Origin: Candidatus Omnitrophota bacterium | GTDB lineage: Bacteria > Omnitrophota > Gorgyraeia > 2-01-FULL-45-10 | Assembly (NCBI GenBank): GCA_030695905.1 | Contig: JAUYOL010000023.1 | Location: forward strand, 1-56,271 | Direction of reading: 5' to 3' | Length of the DNA: 56,271 nucleotides | In this document: one piece after another, positions 45,450-54,919 of the stretch | How positions within the stretch are numbered: position 1 is the first letter of the stretch | How the letters are laid out: every line of letters begins with the position of its first letter | Program-made: the position numbers and the translations under genes | Notes under the pieces: model-generated | Databases searched by the model: none | What the model was told of the DNA's origin: nothing | The model's input: the letters and a program-made list of their open reading frames with translations, nothing else

Positions 45450-45905
45450 ATGAAAAAAGGTTTAATGGTGGTTTTTGTAGCGGGCCTTATAATACTGCCT
45501 CTCGCTGTTTTTGGCTGTAAAGGCAAAGTGCAGACAGAGGGTGATATGGTGAAGACAGAGCCCACCGAAGCGGTGGTAATGACAGAAGAGGTTGTTGTGT
45601 CGCAAACTCCCGTGACTGAGCCGGCACCGGCGCAGATGGTAAGTCAGGAGACGATACCTCCTACTGCGGCGGTTCCTCCATCCCAAGAGATGGGCCAGGC
45701 GGCGGCAACAGATAAGATAGAGCACAACAAGCAGATACAGACGGCTTTGCAGGCAGCCGGGTTGTATGCAGGCAATATCGATGGTAAGATCGGTCCGAAG
45801 ACAAAGAGGGCGATAGTAGAATTCCAGAAGGCCAGGGGCTTAAAGGCCGACGGTAAAGTTGGCCCGAAGACGTGGGCGGAGCTTGAGAAGTATTTAAAGC
45901 AGTAG
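45450..45905 (+). CDS. Lipoprotein with a C-terminal peptidoglycan-binding (PG_binding_1) domain
   Basis: Lipobox-like LAVFGC, a Pro/Thr/Val-rich linker, then IQTALQAAGLYAGNIDGKIGPKTKRAIVEFQKARGLKADGKVGPKTWAEL. Confidence 0.8.
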   Translation: MKKGLMVVFVAGLIILPLAVFGCKGKVQTEGDMVKTEPTEAVVMTEEVVVSQTPVTEPAPAQMVSQETIPPTAAVPPSQEMGQAAATDKIEHNKQIQTALQAAGLYAGNIDGKIGPKTKRAIVEFQKARGLKADGKVGPKTWAELEKYLKQ

Positions 45906-45922
45906 AGGGAGAATGGATTTCT

Positions 45923-46282
45923 ATGAAGTTTTTTAAAATAACGGCTTTGATCATTTTAGTTGCCCTTGTCGCGGGTTCTGTCGCAGGATGCGGAGTATCG
46001 AAGAATAAGTATGAGGCGCTCCTGAACGAAAAAATCGCGCTTGAGGAAAAATTGAATATACTTACCAAGTCCAGAGACGGCTTAAGGTCGGAGTATGAGA
46101 ATTTACTGAAGGAAAAGATGGATTTGGCGGCTGGGCTGGAGACGGCCGCGAATGAAAAGAGCGCGTTGAAGAGCGAATATGATAAGCTGCTTGACGAAAA
46201 AGTCGCGTTAAAAGCTTCTTATGATAAGATGGCGGCCCAGGCAGCGAAAGATTTCCAGGTAAAGTCCGCGCCAAAAAAATAG
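45923..46282 (+). CDS. Coiled-coil lipoprotein
   Basis: Lipobox SVAGC, then heptad-like repeats (YEALLNEKIALEEKL, SEYENLLKEKMDL, SEYDKLLDEKVAL). Confidence 0.6.
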   Translation: MKFFKITALIILVALVAGSVAGCGVSKNKYEALLNEKIALEEKLNILTKSRDGLRSEYENLLKEKMDLAAGLETAANEKSALKSEYDKLLDEKVALKASYDKMAAQAAKDFQVKSAPKK

Positions 46283-46304
46283 ATTATTTGTAAGCGTTAT
46301 TTTA

Positions 46305-46343
46305 CTGCGGCGGTGTAACTAACACCGCCGCAGTTTGTTTTTT
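46305..46343 (+). terminator. Intrinsic terminator
   Basis: 12-bp stem CTGCGGCGGTGT / ACACCGCCGCAG with a 5-nt loop, followed by TTTGTTTTTT. Confidence 0.88.
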
Positions 46344-46359
46344 ATGGTAGAATAACAGT

Positions 46360-47121
46360 ATGTTAAACGGCAAGAAAATAGTCGTAGTAATGCCGGCGTA
46401 TAACGCGGCAAAGACTTTGGAAAAGACGTACCATGAGATACCGAGGGGCGTGGTCGATGATATTATTCTTACCGACGATCACTCAAACGATAACACCGTA
46501 AGCATCGCAAAAACACTTGGTTTGAGAACTATCGTTCACGACAGGAATTTAGGCTATGGCGGCAATCAGAAGACATGTTATCGGGAAGCGCTTAAATTAG
46601 GGGCGGACATAGTAGTAATGCTTCACCCTGACTACCAGTACCCTGCCAGACTCATAACACAGATGGCGGGACTGATATCAGAAGGCATGTTCGATGTAGT
46701 GCTGGGCTCGCGTGTACTTGGCAGTAAGGCCGTGAAAAGCGGTATGCCGGTATATAAATACGCGGCCAATAGGGTGCTCACTTTTCTGGAAAATAATATT
46801 GTAGGCGAAAGATTATCGGAATACCATACAGGATACAGGGCATTTTCGAAGGAGGTGCTTTTAAATATCCCTATACTGGAAAATTCAGATGATTTTGTAT
46901 TCGATAGCCAGATAATATTACAAACGCTTTATTTCGGGTATAGGATAGGAGAGATAGCGTGTCCGGCGCAATATACCAAAGAGTCATCATCTATAAATTT
47001 TTTTCGCAGTGTTAAGTACGGCATAGGTGTATTAAGAGGAGCCTTGCAATATAAGCTTCAGAAAAAGTCTCTGAGTTCATTTCCTATATTCGATATTAGA
47101 GGCGCTAAAATAGTTGCTTAA
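46360..47121 (+). CDS. Family 2 glycosyltransferase
   Basis: KIVVVMPAYNAAKTLEKT...DDIILTDDHSNDNT...LGYGGNQKT...MLHPDYQY (GT-A fold DxD context). Confidence 0.8.
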   Translation: MLNGKKIVVVMPAYNAAKTLEKTYHEIPRGVVDDIILTDDHSNDNTVSIAKTLGLRTIVHDRNLGYGGNQKTCYREALKLGADIVVMLHPDYQYPARLITQMAGLISEGMFDVVLGSRVLGSKAVKSGMPVYKYAANRVLTFLENNIVGERLSEYHTGYRAFSKEVLLNIPILENSDDFVFDSQIILQTLYFGYRIGEIACPAQYTKESSSINFFRSVKYGIGVLRGALQYKLQKKSLSSFPIFDIRGAKIVA

Positions 47122-47181
47122 AGATATTGACTTTTATGTGGCCGGTATGATAACATTTAAAATTACTTAAGGAGGTGTGGG

Positions 47182-47628
47182 ATGAGAAAGTATTTGGTAT
47201 ATGCAGTACTGATATCCGCAATCATGACATTTGCCGCGGCGGGGCCGGTCTTCGCTCAGAGTGAAGATACCCAGGCTGCCGCAAAGGAAGAAGTAGCACA
47301 GACGAGCGCTGCCGCGACACCCGCAAAAGAAGAGGCACCAAAATTAAGCGAACTTTCCATATACGGCGAGGTACAGACGGTTAATGTACAGGCCCTCTCC
47401 ATGATGGTGCAGTATTACGACTACGATAACGACGAAGAAAAATCCACAGAGATCACTCTTGACGGATCCTCAAAACTGGAAAATGCCAAGACCATAGCGG
47501 ATATAAAGAAGGGCGATTGGGTAGACGTCACCTATATAGTAAGCGCCGGTAAGAATATCGCGAAAGTCATAAGCGTGGAAAAAGAAGAGCCCATTCAGGA
47601 TGAAAACGCTCCGGAAGTCGAAGATTAA
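47182..47628 (+). CDS. Secreted hypothetical protein
   Basis: Signal peptide (VLISAIMTFAAAGPVFAQ), an Ala/Glu-rich linker and a small beta-rich domain. SD AAGGAGGTG upstream. Confidence 0.5.
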   Translation: MRKYLVYAVLISAIMTFAAAGPVFAQSEDTQAAAKEEVAQTSAAATPAKEEAPKLSELSIYGEVQTVNVQALSMMVQYYDYDNDEEKSTEITLDGSSKLENAKTIADIKKGDWVDVTYIVSAGKNIAKVISVEKEEPIQDENAPEVED

Positions 47629-47645
47629 CAGGGAGGTTTTTTCTT

Positions 47646-48470
47646 ATGGCAAAAAGCTCCGCTCCGCACATCAGGGAGAGAAAGCAGTTCAGGTTTCCTT
47701 CAGGTTACGGCGATAATAAAATCGTAGTGCTTGTAAGAGACCCATGGTGGATATTCGCCTATTGGGAGATTCAACGCGGCAAAGAAGATGCCATCATAAA
47801 AAGGATAAAGTCCGAAGACGACGAAGTCTTAAAATCCATCCTACGTGTCTACGATGTTACCGATATAAGCTTCACAGGCTCTAATGCCCACTCCTATTTC
47901 GATATTGACCTAAAAGGACTTGCCAATACCTGGTATATAAATGTAGGCTCACCGGACAGGTCATGGCTGGTGGATATAGGCATAATAACTAAAAAAGGTA
48001 AATTTTATCTATTAGCAAGGTCCAATACCGTCAGAACGCCGCGTTATGGTATGTCGGATAAGCTGGATGCCGAATGGATGATGCCCGAAGATGAATACTG
48101 GAAGATGTTCGGCCTGTCGGGCGGTTTTGGTATAGGCAAAGGCTCTCTTGAAGTCCGGGAAATGTTCAATAAAAAATTGGAAGAGCAGATAAGTAGCGCG
48201 CAGATCTCCAGCGGCGCCTCGTTTTACAGGAAGCCCGAGGGTAGAAAATTCTGGCTCGTTGTAAATACGGAGCTTATCGTATATGGAGCCACAGAACCGG
48301 ACGCAAAAGTCACCATCCAGGGCAAACCCATAGATTTAAGGCCGGATGGCAGCTTCACTTTAAGATCCGCACTGCCCGATGGCAAACAGGTTATACCCGT
48401 TGAGGCGACATCCTGCGACGGAATAGACAAGCGCAAAATTACACCTGTCGTCACAAGGAAGACGGAATAA
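47646..48470 (+). CDS. DUF4912-like protein (commonly found next to GH57 genes)
   Basis: GYGDNKIVVLVRDPWWIFAYWEI signature, located directly upstream of two GH57 genes. Confidence 0.6.
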   Translation: MAKSSAPHIRERKQFRFPSGYGDNKIVVLVRDPWWIFAYWEIQRGKEDAIIKRIKSEDDEVLKSILRVYDVTDISFTGSNAHSYFDIDLKGLANTWYINVGSPDRSWLVDIGIITKKGKFYLLARSNTVRTPRYGMSDKLDAEWMMPEDEYWKMFGLSGGFGIGKGSLEVREMFNKKLEEQISSAQISSGASFYRKPEGRKFWLVVNTELIVYGATEPDAKVTIQGKPIDLRPDGSFTLRSALPDGKQVIPVEATSCDGIDKRKITPVVTRKTE

Positions 48471-48476
48471 CCCATT

Positions 48477-50066
48477 ATGCCCAAAGGATATTTAGCGATA
48501 GTTCTTCACGCGCACCTTCCTTTCATCCGCCATCCGGAACATGAAGACTTTCTCGAAGAAGACTGGTTTTTTGAAGCCATCACAGAAACGTATATCCCGC
48601 TGATAAAAGTATTCGACGATCTTATAAGAGATAAGGTCGATTTCAGGATTACCGTATCGGTCTCTCCTACTCTCATGTCCATGTTTATGGACGAACACCT
48701 TCAGAATAAGTATGTAAGACATTTAAATAAGCTGATAGAATTGTCCTGGAAAGAGATAGAGAGGACAAAATGGGATGACCGGTTCAATAAACTTGCCCAT
48801 ATGTATCACAATTCTTTTCTCGATGCGCGGCGCATATTCGTAGATGAGTATAAGAAAGACCTAAACAACGCTTTTAGGCGTTTTCAGGATTTGGGAAGGC
48901 TGGAAGTTATCACCTGCGGTGCCACTCATGGGTATTTTCCTCTGATGGAGGTGGAAAGAAAAGCCTCTGTCAGGGCGCAGGTCAAGGTCGCGGCGGATCT
49001 TTATCAAAAGGTTTATGGAAAAAAGCCCCTTGGAATATGGCTTCCGGAATGCGGGTATAATCCGGGCGATGAGGAGATCTTAAAAGAGCAGGGCATAAGA
49101 TACTTCTTCGTTGATACGCACGGTGTTTTATTCGGTAACCCCCGGCCAAGATTTGGAGTATTTAATCCTTATCTATGTAAAAATGGCGTCGCTGTTTTAG
49201 GGCGCGACATGGAGTCGTCCAAAGCCGTGTGGAGCGCGGTAGAGGGTTACCCGGGAGATTGTAACTACAGGGAATTCTACAGAGATATAGGTTTTGATCT
49301 GGACTACGAATATATAAAGCCCTATATAAATCCTGACGGAGTCAGAATAAATACCGGTATAAAATATTACAGAATAACAGGGACGTCAAACGCAAAAGAG
49401 CCGTATTCGCCGGAAATTGCCCGCGAGACGGCCGCAAGCCATGCCGGAAATTTTATGTTCAACAGGGAAAAGCAGGTTGAATATTTGCAGGGCCAGATGG
49501 GCGACAGGCTCCCGCTTCTCGTCTCTCCATATGACGCCGAGCTTTATGGTCACTGGTGGTATGAAGGCCCTATGTGGCTCGATTTTCTTATCCGCAAGAT
49601 GCATTATGACCAGAAAAATATAGCTTTAGCCACGCCCGGCGATTATCTTAAGATGCACAAGAAATTTCAGGTGCTTGCGCCCGCGTTTTCCAGCTGGGGC
49701 TGGAAGGGTTATTCCGAGATGTGGCTGGAGGGTTCCAATGACTGGGTATACAGGCATGTCCACAAAATGGCCGAACGTATGGTAGAAGTCGCGAATACTT
49801 ACAAAAACGCGAAGGGCTTGGTGCGCAGAGCCTTAAACCAGATGGCCAGGGAGCTGTTGCTGGCGCAATCAAGCGACTGGGCGTTTATCATGAAGACGGG
49901 TTCTCACGTACCTTACGCGGTCGAACGCTTAAGGGAGCATGCCGAGCATTTTAATGAGCTATATGAAGAGGTAAAAGAAAATTCTGTCGATGAAACATAT
50001 ATAAAAGAGTGCGAATATAAATATAATATCTTTCCGGATATAGATTATTCCGTCTATGCCACCTGA
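48477..50066 (+). CDS. GH57-family 1,4-alpha-glucan branching enzyme-like protein
   Basis: GYLAIVLHAHLPFIRHPEHEDFLEEDWFFEAITETYIPLI, ...ATHGYFPL..., and a C-terminal helical domain (SDWAFIMKTG). Confidence 0.8.
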   Translation: MPKGYLAIVLHAHLPFIRHPEHEDFLEEDWFFEAITETYIPLIKVFDDLIRDKVDFRITVSVSPTLMSMFMDEHLQNKYVRHLNKLIELSWKEIERTKWDDRFNKLAHMYHNSFLDARRIFVDEYKKDLNNAFRRFQDLGRLEVITCGATHGYFPLMEVERKASVRAQVKVAADLYQKVYGKKPLGIWLPECGYNPGDEEILKEQGIRYFFVDTHGVLFGNPRPRFGVFNPYLCKNGVAVLGRDMESSKAVWSAVEGYPGDCNYREFYRDIGFDLDYEYIKPYINPDGVRINTGIKYYRITGTSNAKEPYSPEIARETAASHAGNFMFNREKQVEYLQGQMGDRLPLLVSPYDAELYGHWWYEGPMWLDFLIRKMHYDQKNIALATPGDYLKMHKKFQVLAPAFSSWGWKGYSEMWLEGSNDWVYRHVHKMAERMVEVANTYKNAKGLVRRALNQMARELLLAQSSDWAFIMKTGSHVPYAVERLREHAEHFNELYEEVKENSVDETYIKECEYKYNIFPDIDYSVYAT

Positions 50067-51729
50067 TGTAAAACCCGCTAAAAAATTATCGATCGCTTTT
50101 CTGTGGCACATGCATCAGCCCTGTTACAAAGACACCATAACAGGCAGATACTACATGCCATGGGCAAGGTTTCATGCCATCAAAGATTATTTTCCGATGG
50201 CCGCGCTATTGGAAGATTTCGATAATATAAGAATGACATTCAACCTTGTTCCGTCCCTTTTGGAGCAGATACATGATTATGCCCACAATGATGCTACCGA
50301 CGCGCTTTTGGACCTTACGAGAAAGAAGGCGTCCTCACTTACCGAGGATGATAAGCTGGATATACTGGAAAATTTCTTCAGGGTAAATTTTAAGAATTTC
50401 ATAGAGCCGAATGAACGCTACTCGGAGCTTCTTATGAAGAAGGGCCTTGCGAATGTTTCTGACCGCGCGATGAAAAAGATAGCGGCTAAGTTCTCCGCGC
50501 AGGATTTTCTGGACCTGCAGGTATTTTTTAATATGGCGTGGTTTCACTCTATAAGTATAGATAAAGATAAAAATTTAAAAGACCTGTCTAAAAAATGCGG
50601 TGCTTATACCGAAGACGACAAGGCCTACGTGATATTAAAACAAAAAGAGATCATAGGCAATATCATACCCCTATACAAAAAACTTCAGGATGCCGGCAGG
50701 ATAGAAATATCGGCAACCCCGTTTTACCATCCTATCACGCCTCTTATATGTGATACATCGATAGCCAAAATTTCAATGCCGGGCGCCCCGCTTCCTAAAA
50801 ATAGATTTCAGCATCCGGAAGACGCCGCATGGCATATAAAAGAAGCGATAAGCTATCATGCCGATATATTCGGAACCCCGCCGCGCGGTATGTGGCCCTC
50901 AGAAGGGAGCGTATCGGATGAGGCTCTCGGGATAATGGCGGCAAACGGTATAAAATGGGCGGCAACCGATGAAGACATTTTGTTCAGAAGCATAGCGATG
51001 TCGGATAAGAAGCAAAAAGCTCACCACCACGCGGACCGCCGCATAATATACCAGCCGTATAAATTCAGCAAGGGATCAAAGTCGTTGTCGGTAGTTTTTA
51101 GAGACAAGAATCTCTCCGATATCATAAGTTTTAATTATAACGCGTGGGACCAATCGGAGGCGGCGGCCGATCTCATCGGGCACTTTAAAAATATTTCCGC
51201 GTCACTGGCCAATGAAACTCAAAGAAGAATGGTAGTGATAGCTATGGATGGAGAGAACGCATGGGAATATTTCCATGATAACGGAAGAGAGTTCTTCCAA
51301 GCGCTATACTCCAGCCTTGATAATGACAAAGACCTGGAGGCCACTACAATAAGCGGCCACCTTGGAATAGAGCCGCCTGACAAGTCGCTCGATACAATAT
51401 TCCCAGCGTCATGGATAAATCATAATTTCAGAATATGGATAGGCGAAGAACAGGACAATCTGTCTTGGGACTATCTTTCGGCTGTGAGAAAAGATCTTGT
51501 TAAATTCACCAAACAGATGAAAAAAAATCCCGGTAATGAAGATGCCCTTGAAAAAGCGTGGAGGGAATTTTATATAGCGGAAGGCAGTGATTGGAACTGG
51601 TGGTATGGCGGCAGGGCGCACTCGGGATCCGATAATCCATTTGATAAATTGTACCGGACGCATCTTAAGAATATATATAAGTTTCTCAAAAAGCCCGTGC
51701 CGGACTTTTTAAAGATTTCTATTGCATAA
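50056..51729 (+). CDS. GH57-family glycoside hydrolase (amylase / glucanotransferase type)
   Basis: LSIAFLWHMHQPCYKD...PWARFHAIKDYFPMA, ...ISATPFYHPI..., MWPSEGSVSDE. Overlaps the upstream gene by 11 nt. Confidence 0.8.
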   Translation: MPPDVKPAKKLSIAFLWHMHQPCYKDTITGRYYMPWARFHAIKDYFPMAALLEDFDNIRMTFNLVPSLLEQIHDYAHNDATDALLDLTRKKASSLTEDDKLDILENFFRVNFKNFIEPNERYSELLMKKGLANVSDRAMKKIAAKFSAQDFLDLQVFFNMAWFHSISIDKDKNLKDLSKKCGAYTEDDKAYVILKQKEIIGNIIPLYKKLQDAGRIEISATPFYHPITPLICDTSIAKISMPGAPLPKNRFQHPEDAAWHIKEAISYHADIFGTPPRGMWPSEGSVSDEALGIMAANGIKWAATDEDILFRSIAMSDKKQKAHHHADRRIIYQPYKFSKGSKSLSVVFRDKNLSDIISFNYNAWDQSEAAADLIGHFKNISASLANETQRRMVVIAMDGENAWEYFHDNGREFFQALYSSLDNDKDLEATTISGHLGIEPPDKSLDTIFPASWINHNFRIWIGEEQDNLSWDYLSAVRKDLVKFTKQMKKNPGNEDALEKAWREFYIAEGSDWNWWYGGRAHSGSDNPFDKLYRTHLKNIYKFLKKPVPDFLKISIA

Positions 51730-51782
51730 AACACCAAAAAGGGTATAATAATATTTCCTGAAAAACGAAGGGGGGGAAAGTT

Positions 51783-51971
51783 ATGGCAAGAACATCGACC
51801 ATAAAACTTGGCAGATCTTCTAACCCATCTATGTCGACTGAAGATTTGAACAAGTTGGTAGCTAAAAAAGCTTATGAGCTTTACGAAAAGAGGGGCCGCA
51901 AGTCCGGTCATTCAATGGATGACTGGTTAGAAGCGGAGAGGATCGTAAAGGGGAAGTGCGGTTGTAAGTAA
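51783..51971 (+). CDS. DUF2934-like small protein
   Basis: VAKKAYELYEKRGRKSGHSMDDWLEAERIV matches the characteristic AYxxWExRGxxxGxxxxDWxxAE motif. Confidence 0.6.
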   Translation: MARTSTIKLGRSSNPSMSTEDLNKLVAKKAYELYEKRGRKSGHSMDDWLEAERIVKGKCGCK

Positions 51972-52000
51972 AAGGTTTCTTAAGCGATCTTAAAAGTTTA

Positions 52001-52032
52001 AAGGCAGGGTGGTATACCCTGCCTTTTTTATT
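52001..52032 (+). terminator. Intrinsic terminator
   Basis: AAGGCAGGGT-ggtat-ACCCTGCCTT followed by TTTTATT. Confidence 0.85.
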
Positions 52033-52071
52033 GTTTTAAGTCTGTCACTCGTGGTATAATCACAAATAATT

Positions 52072-52662
52072 ATGAAAATATTTCTGCTTTCATTTATACC
52101 TATATTTGTAGCGATGGATGCTATAGGTATCCTTCCAATGTTCATCGGCTTTACCGAACATCTCAAGAAAAAAGAAAAACAGAGAATAATAAACCAGTCG
52201 ATAATAACAGCCTTTCTTATAGGAATAGTATTTCTCTTCCTTGGCAAGTGGATATTCGGCATATTGGGCGTTCAGGTATCTGATTTTAAGATAGCGGGCG
52301 GCGCGGTGCTTCTGGCAATCTCTCTGAAGGATATCTTGCAGTACGAAAAAAATCGCAAGCTTTCCAGTGAAACGATGGGAGCGATGCCTATCGGCACTCC
52401 GCTGGTCGTCGGCCCGGCAGTCCTTACGACAATAATAATACTTTTGGATACCTACGGTCCATATATGACAGTGTTGTCTTTTATTACCAACCTGGCAATA
52501 ACCTGGATAACGTTTTATTACGCGGGCGCGATATCAAACTTTCTCGGTAAAGCGGGATCGAAAGCAGTTTCAAAGATAGCCGCTTTGCTGCTTGCCGCAA
52601 TAGCCATAATGATGATGCGTAAAGGGCTCGTCGATACCATAGCAGCGTCACTTTCCAAATAA
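52072..52662 (+). CDS. MarC-family (UPF0056) integral membrane protein
   Basis: FLLSFIPIFVAMDAIGILPMFIGFT... with six predicted TM segments and IAGGAVLLAISL. Confidence 0.75.
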   Translation: MKIFLLSFIPIFVAMDAIGILPMFIGFTEHLKKKEKQRIINQSIITAFLIGIVFLFLGKWIFGILGVQVSDFKIAGGAVLLAISLKDILQYEKNRKLSSETMGAMPIGTPLVVGPAVLTTIIILLDTYGPYMTVLSFITNLAITWITFYYAGAISNFLGKAGSKAVSKIAALLLAAIAIMMMRKGLVDTIAASLSK

Positions 52663-52691
52663 ATGTCCGACAAAATGTATTGAATCAACCG

Positions 52692-52720
52692 TTGACAAAC
52701 TGACTTTTGTTAGGTATATT
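52692..52720 (+). promoter_or_regulatory. Sigma70 promoter TTGACA-17-TATATT
   Basis: TTGACA at 52692-52697 and TATATT at 52715-52720, 19 nt upstream of the ATG at 52739. Confidence 0.55.
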
Positions 52721-52738
52721 TGATTATATAATATAATT

Positions 52739-54856
52739 ATGAGCAATCATCGTATACTAATATCGAATATAGGGATAGCATCTCTTTTTATTGCGTTTGT
52801 GTCTCTTTCGCATGCCCAGCCGCCCGCGACGCCGGACGCGTCCAGGGCGACGAGGGAGTCTGATCGCTTCGGCCGTGACACAGAGAAGCGTGTAGAAAGA
52901 GAGTTAAGAAGGATCCCACAAAAACCCACCACCCCCGCCGTAGAAGAAGAAAAACCAAAAGCAGGCGAACAGAAGTTTTTTGTGAAGAAGGTAAACCTTG
53001 CTGGCTGCGAAACTTTTCTGCCTGAAGATTTTGCTTTTCTTTTGGAAAAATATGAGAATAGGGATGAGACTCTCACCGACTTAAATAATCTCGCCAGGGA
53101 AATAGCCGCTGAATATCTGAAAAAAGGCATAATAGCCGCGGTATTTCTGCCGCCTCAGGAAGTAAAAGATAATACGATCACGATGCAGGTTGTGGAGTCC
53201 AGAATGGGCGAGCTTGAAATTCAAAAGTCGCCGCATTTCAGAAAGAAGATGCTTAGATATTACTGGAGCGTCAAAGAAGGCGAGATACTCCGCTACGACA
53301 GGATATCGAAGAGCCTTCAGATGATGAATAAGAATCCCGATCGGGAGGTGAGGGCGTCTTTACACGCTGGAGCCAAGCCCGGAACCACCAATGTTATATT
53401 GACCTCAAAGACGCGTTTTCCGATACATGGCCAATACACTTTCGATAGAGAAGGTATAATGACAACCGGCCGTGAAAGGAATGGTTTTGGTATACGAAAC
53501 AATAATATGCTTGGTTATGACGACACCCTTATTACGGGGTTATCATACGGGAAAAACTTTATCGGCGAATACATCTATCATAGCATACCCATCAGCGGTA
53601 ACGGCGCGTCATTACTCTACGGTTACAGTTACAGCAAGTCCACCCCCAAGAAGGATTTTGATGTTTATTCGCTGAAGTCTGAAGCGAATAATACCACGGT
53701 CTCGATACGTCAGGACATATATAAAAAAGATGAGTACCTCGGAGAGGTCTCCATAGGTTTTGACGCGAAGGATAAAGTCACTTGGTATTCGAGCGGTACG
53801 GGCACTTTAAACAGAGACAGAATAAGGCCCATTAACTTGGCCGGGAATTTTGTGATACGCGGTACAAATAGCGTAACTTATATATCGCCCGAGATAGACC
53901 AGGGCCTGAATGTTTTTGGAGCGAGTAAAAAGAATAACCCTCTTGCCTCAAGAGCCGGCGCTACGCCAACCTACACAAAGTTTTTATTCACCGCCCAGAA
54001 CAGGACCAGCCTGCCCTTTAAGCTTCAACAGAGTTTGAGGTTCAGGACGCAGCTTGCGTCGGAAAAATTATTTTCGCAGGAGCAATATGGTATCGGCGGC
54101 ATAGATACAGTGAGAGGCTATCCGCCAAGCGACTATCTGGCTGACAAGATGATACTCGTAAACGCCGAGATGATCAGCCCTCTATTTTTTCTTCCAAAGG
54201 GCTGGAAGCTTCCTTACGCGGAAAAACCTTTAGTGGACCAGCTAACCGGCCTGATATTTCTTGACTATGGTTATGGAGAACACAAAGGCGACCCTAAGCC
54301 GCGCAGGCTTTCATCTGTCGGAGCGGGCCTTAGGATGAATTTTTATAATCAGGTATCATTGAGATTGGAATGGGGTATTCCCTTTAAGCTATTCGGACAG
54401 CCTGCCTTAACAGAGGGAAGCACAAAAGGCCGTTTTCATATATCGTTGAATATAGAAGACAAGCTGCCCAGCGAGATAGAGCGTATTATGAATGAGATGA
54501 GAGAAGAGAAGAAGCAGAAAGAGCTGCGCTCGATTATTAATGAGGCGCTTTCGATGCCCGATAGTCCGCTTAAGGAAAAGCTGTTTTACTGTCTTTCGAT
54601 GGGAGACGATTTGTATAAGCAGGGAAAGTTGAAAGAATCAAAGAAGATGTACGCTATGGTTATAAATATCGGCAGGGCCGTGCATACGCAAGCCCAGGAA
54701 TATATGAGCCAACGCGTTGCGCTGGAGGCTGAACTTAATAAGAAGAACGATGAAGCGCTTGCCCTGTATAAACAGGGAAAGCTTGAAGAGGCTAAAAAGA
54801 TATGGCGGGACGTTGAAAGCCAGGCACAGGTCCGTCCGCTTGAATTTGAATTTTAA
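52739..54856 (+). CDS. ShlB/FhaC/HecB-type two-partner-secretion transporter (TpsB, Omp85 superfamily) with a C-terminal helical extension/insertion
   Basis: POTRA region (FFVKKVNLAGCETFLPEDF...ITMQVVESRMGELEI) and barrel motif GGIDTVRGYPPSDY. After about aa 560 (nt ~54416) comes a ~145-aa Lys/Glu helical region with two YKQGKL-E-KK motifs. The protein then ends in ...RPLEFEF. Confidence 0.8.
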   Translation: MSNHRILISNIGIASLFIAFVSLSHAQPPATPDASRATRESDRFGRDTEKRVERELRRIPQKPTTPAVEEEKPKAGEQKFFVKKVNLAGCETFLPEDFAFLLEKYENRDETLTDLNNLAREIAAEYLKKGIIAAVFLPPQEVKDNTITMQVVESRMGELEIQKSPHFRKKMLRYYWSVKEGEILRYDRISKSLQMMNKNPDREVRASLHAGAKPGTTNVILTSKTRFPIHGQYTFDREGIMTTGRERNGFGIRNNNMLGYDDTLITGLSYGKNFIGEYIYHSIPISGNGASLLYGYSYSKSTPKKDFDVYSLKSEANNTTVSIRQDIYKKDEYLGEVSIGFDAKDKVTWYSSGTGTLNRDRIRPINLAGNFVIRGTNSVTYISPEIDQGLNVFGASKKNNPLASRAGATPTYTKFLFTAQNRTSLPFKLQQSLRFRTQLASEKLFSQEQYGIGGIDTVRGYPPSDYLADKMILVNAEMISPLFFLPKGWKLPYAEKPLVDQLTGLIFLDYGYGEHKGDPKPRRLSSVGAGLRMNFYNQVSLRLEWGIPFKLFGQPALTEGSTKGRFHISLNIEDKLPSEIERIMNEMREEKKQKELRSIINEALSMPDSPLKEKLFYCLSMGDDLYKQGKLKESKKMYAMVINIGRAVHTQAQEYMSQRVALEAELNKKNDEALALYKQGKLEEAKKIWRDVESQAQVRPLEFEF

Positions 54857-54919
54857 TCATTGCAATTTTTTGTGAGTGTTGTAAACTATACTTATATATA
54901 AGAGAAAGGGATTTTTAAT

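Noticed and set aside
51990-52262. 90-aa minus-strand ORF
   Set aside because: It spans the intrinsic terminator at 52001-52032 and is antisense to the marC-family gene start. It has no RBS or motifs.
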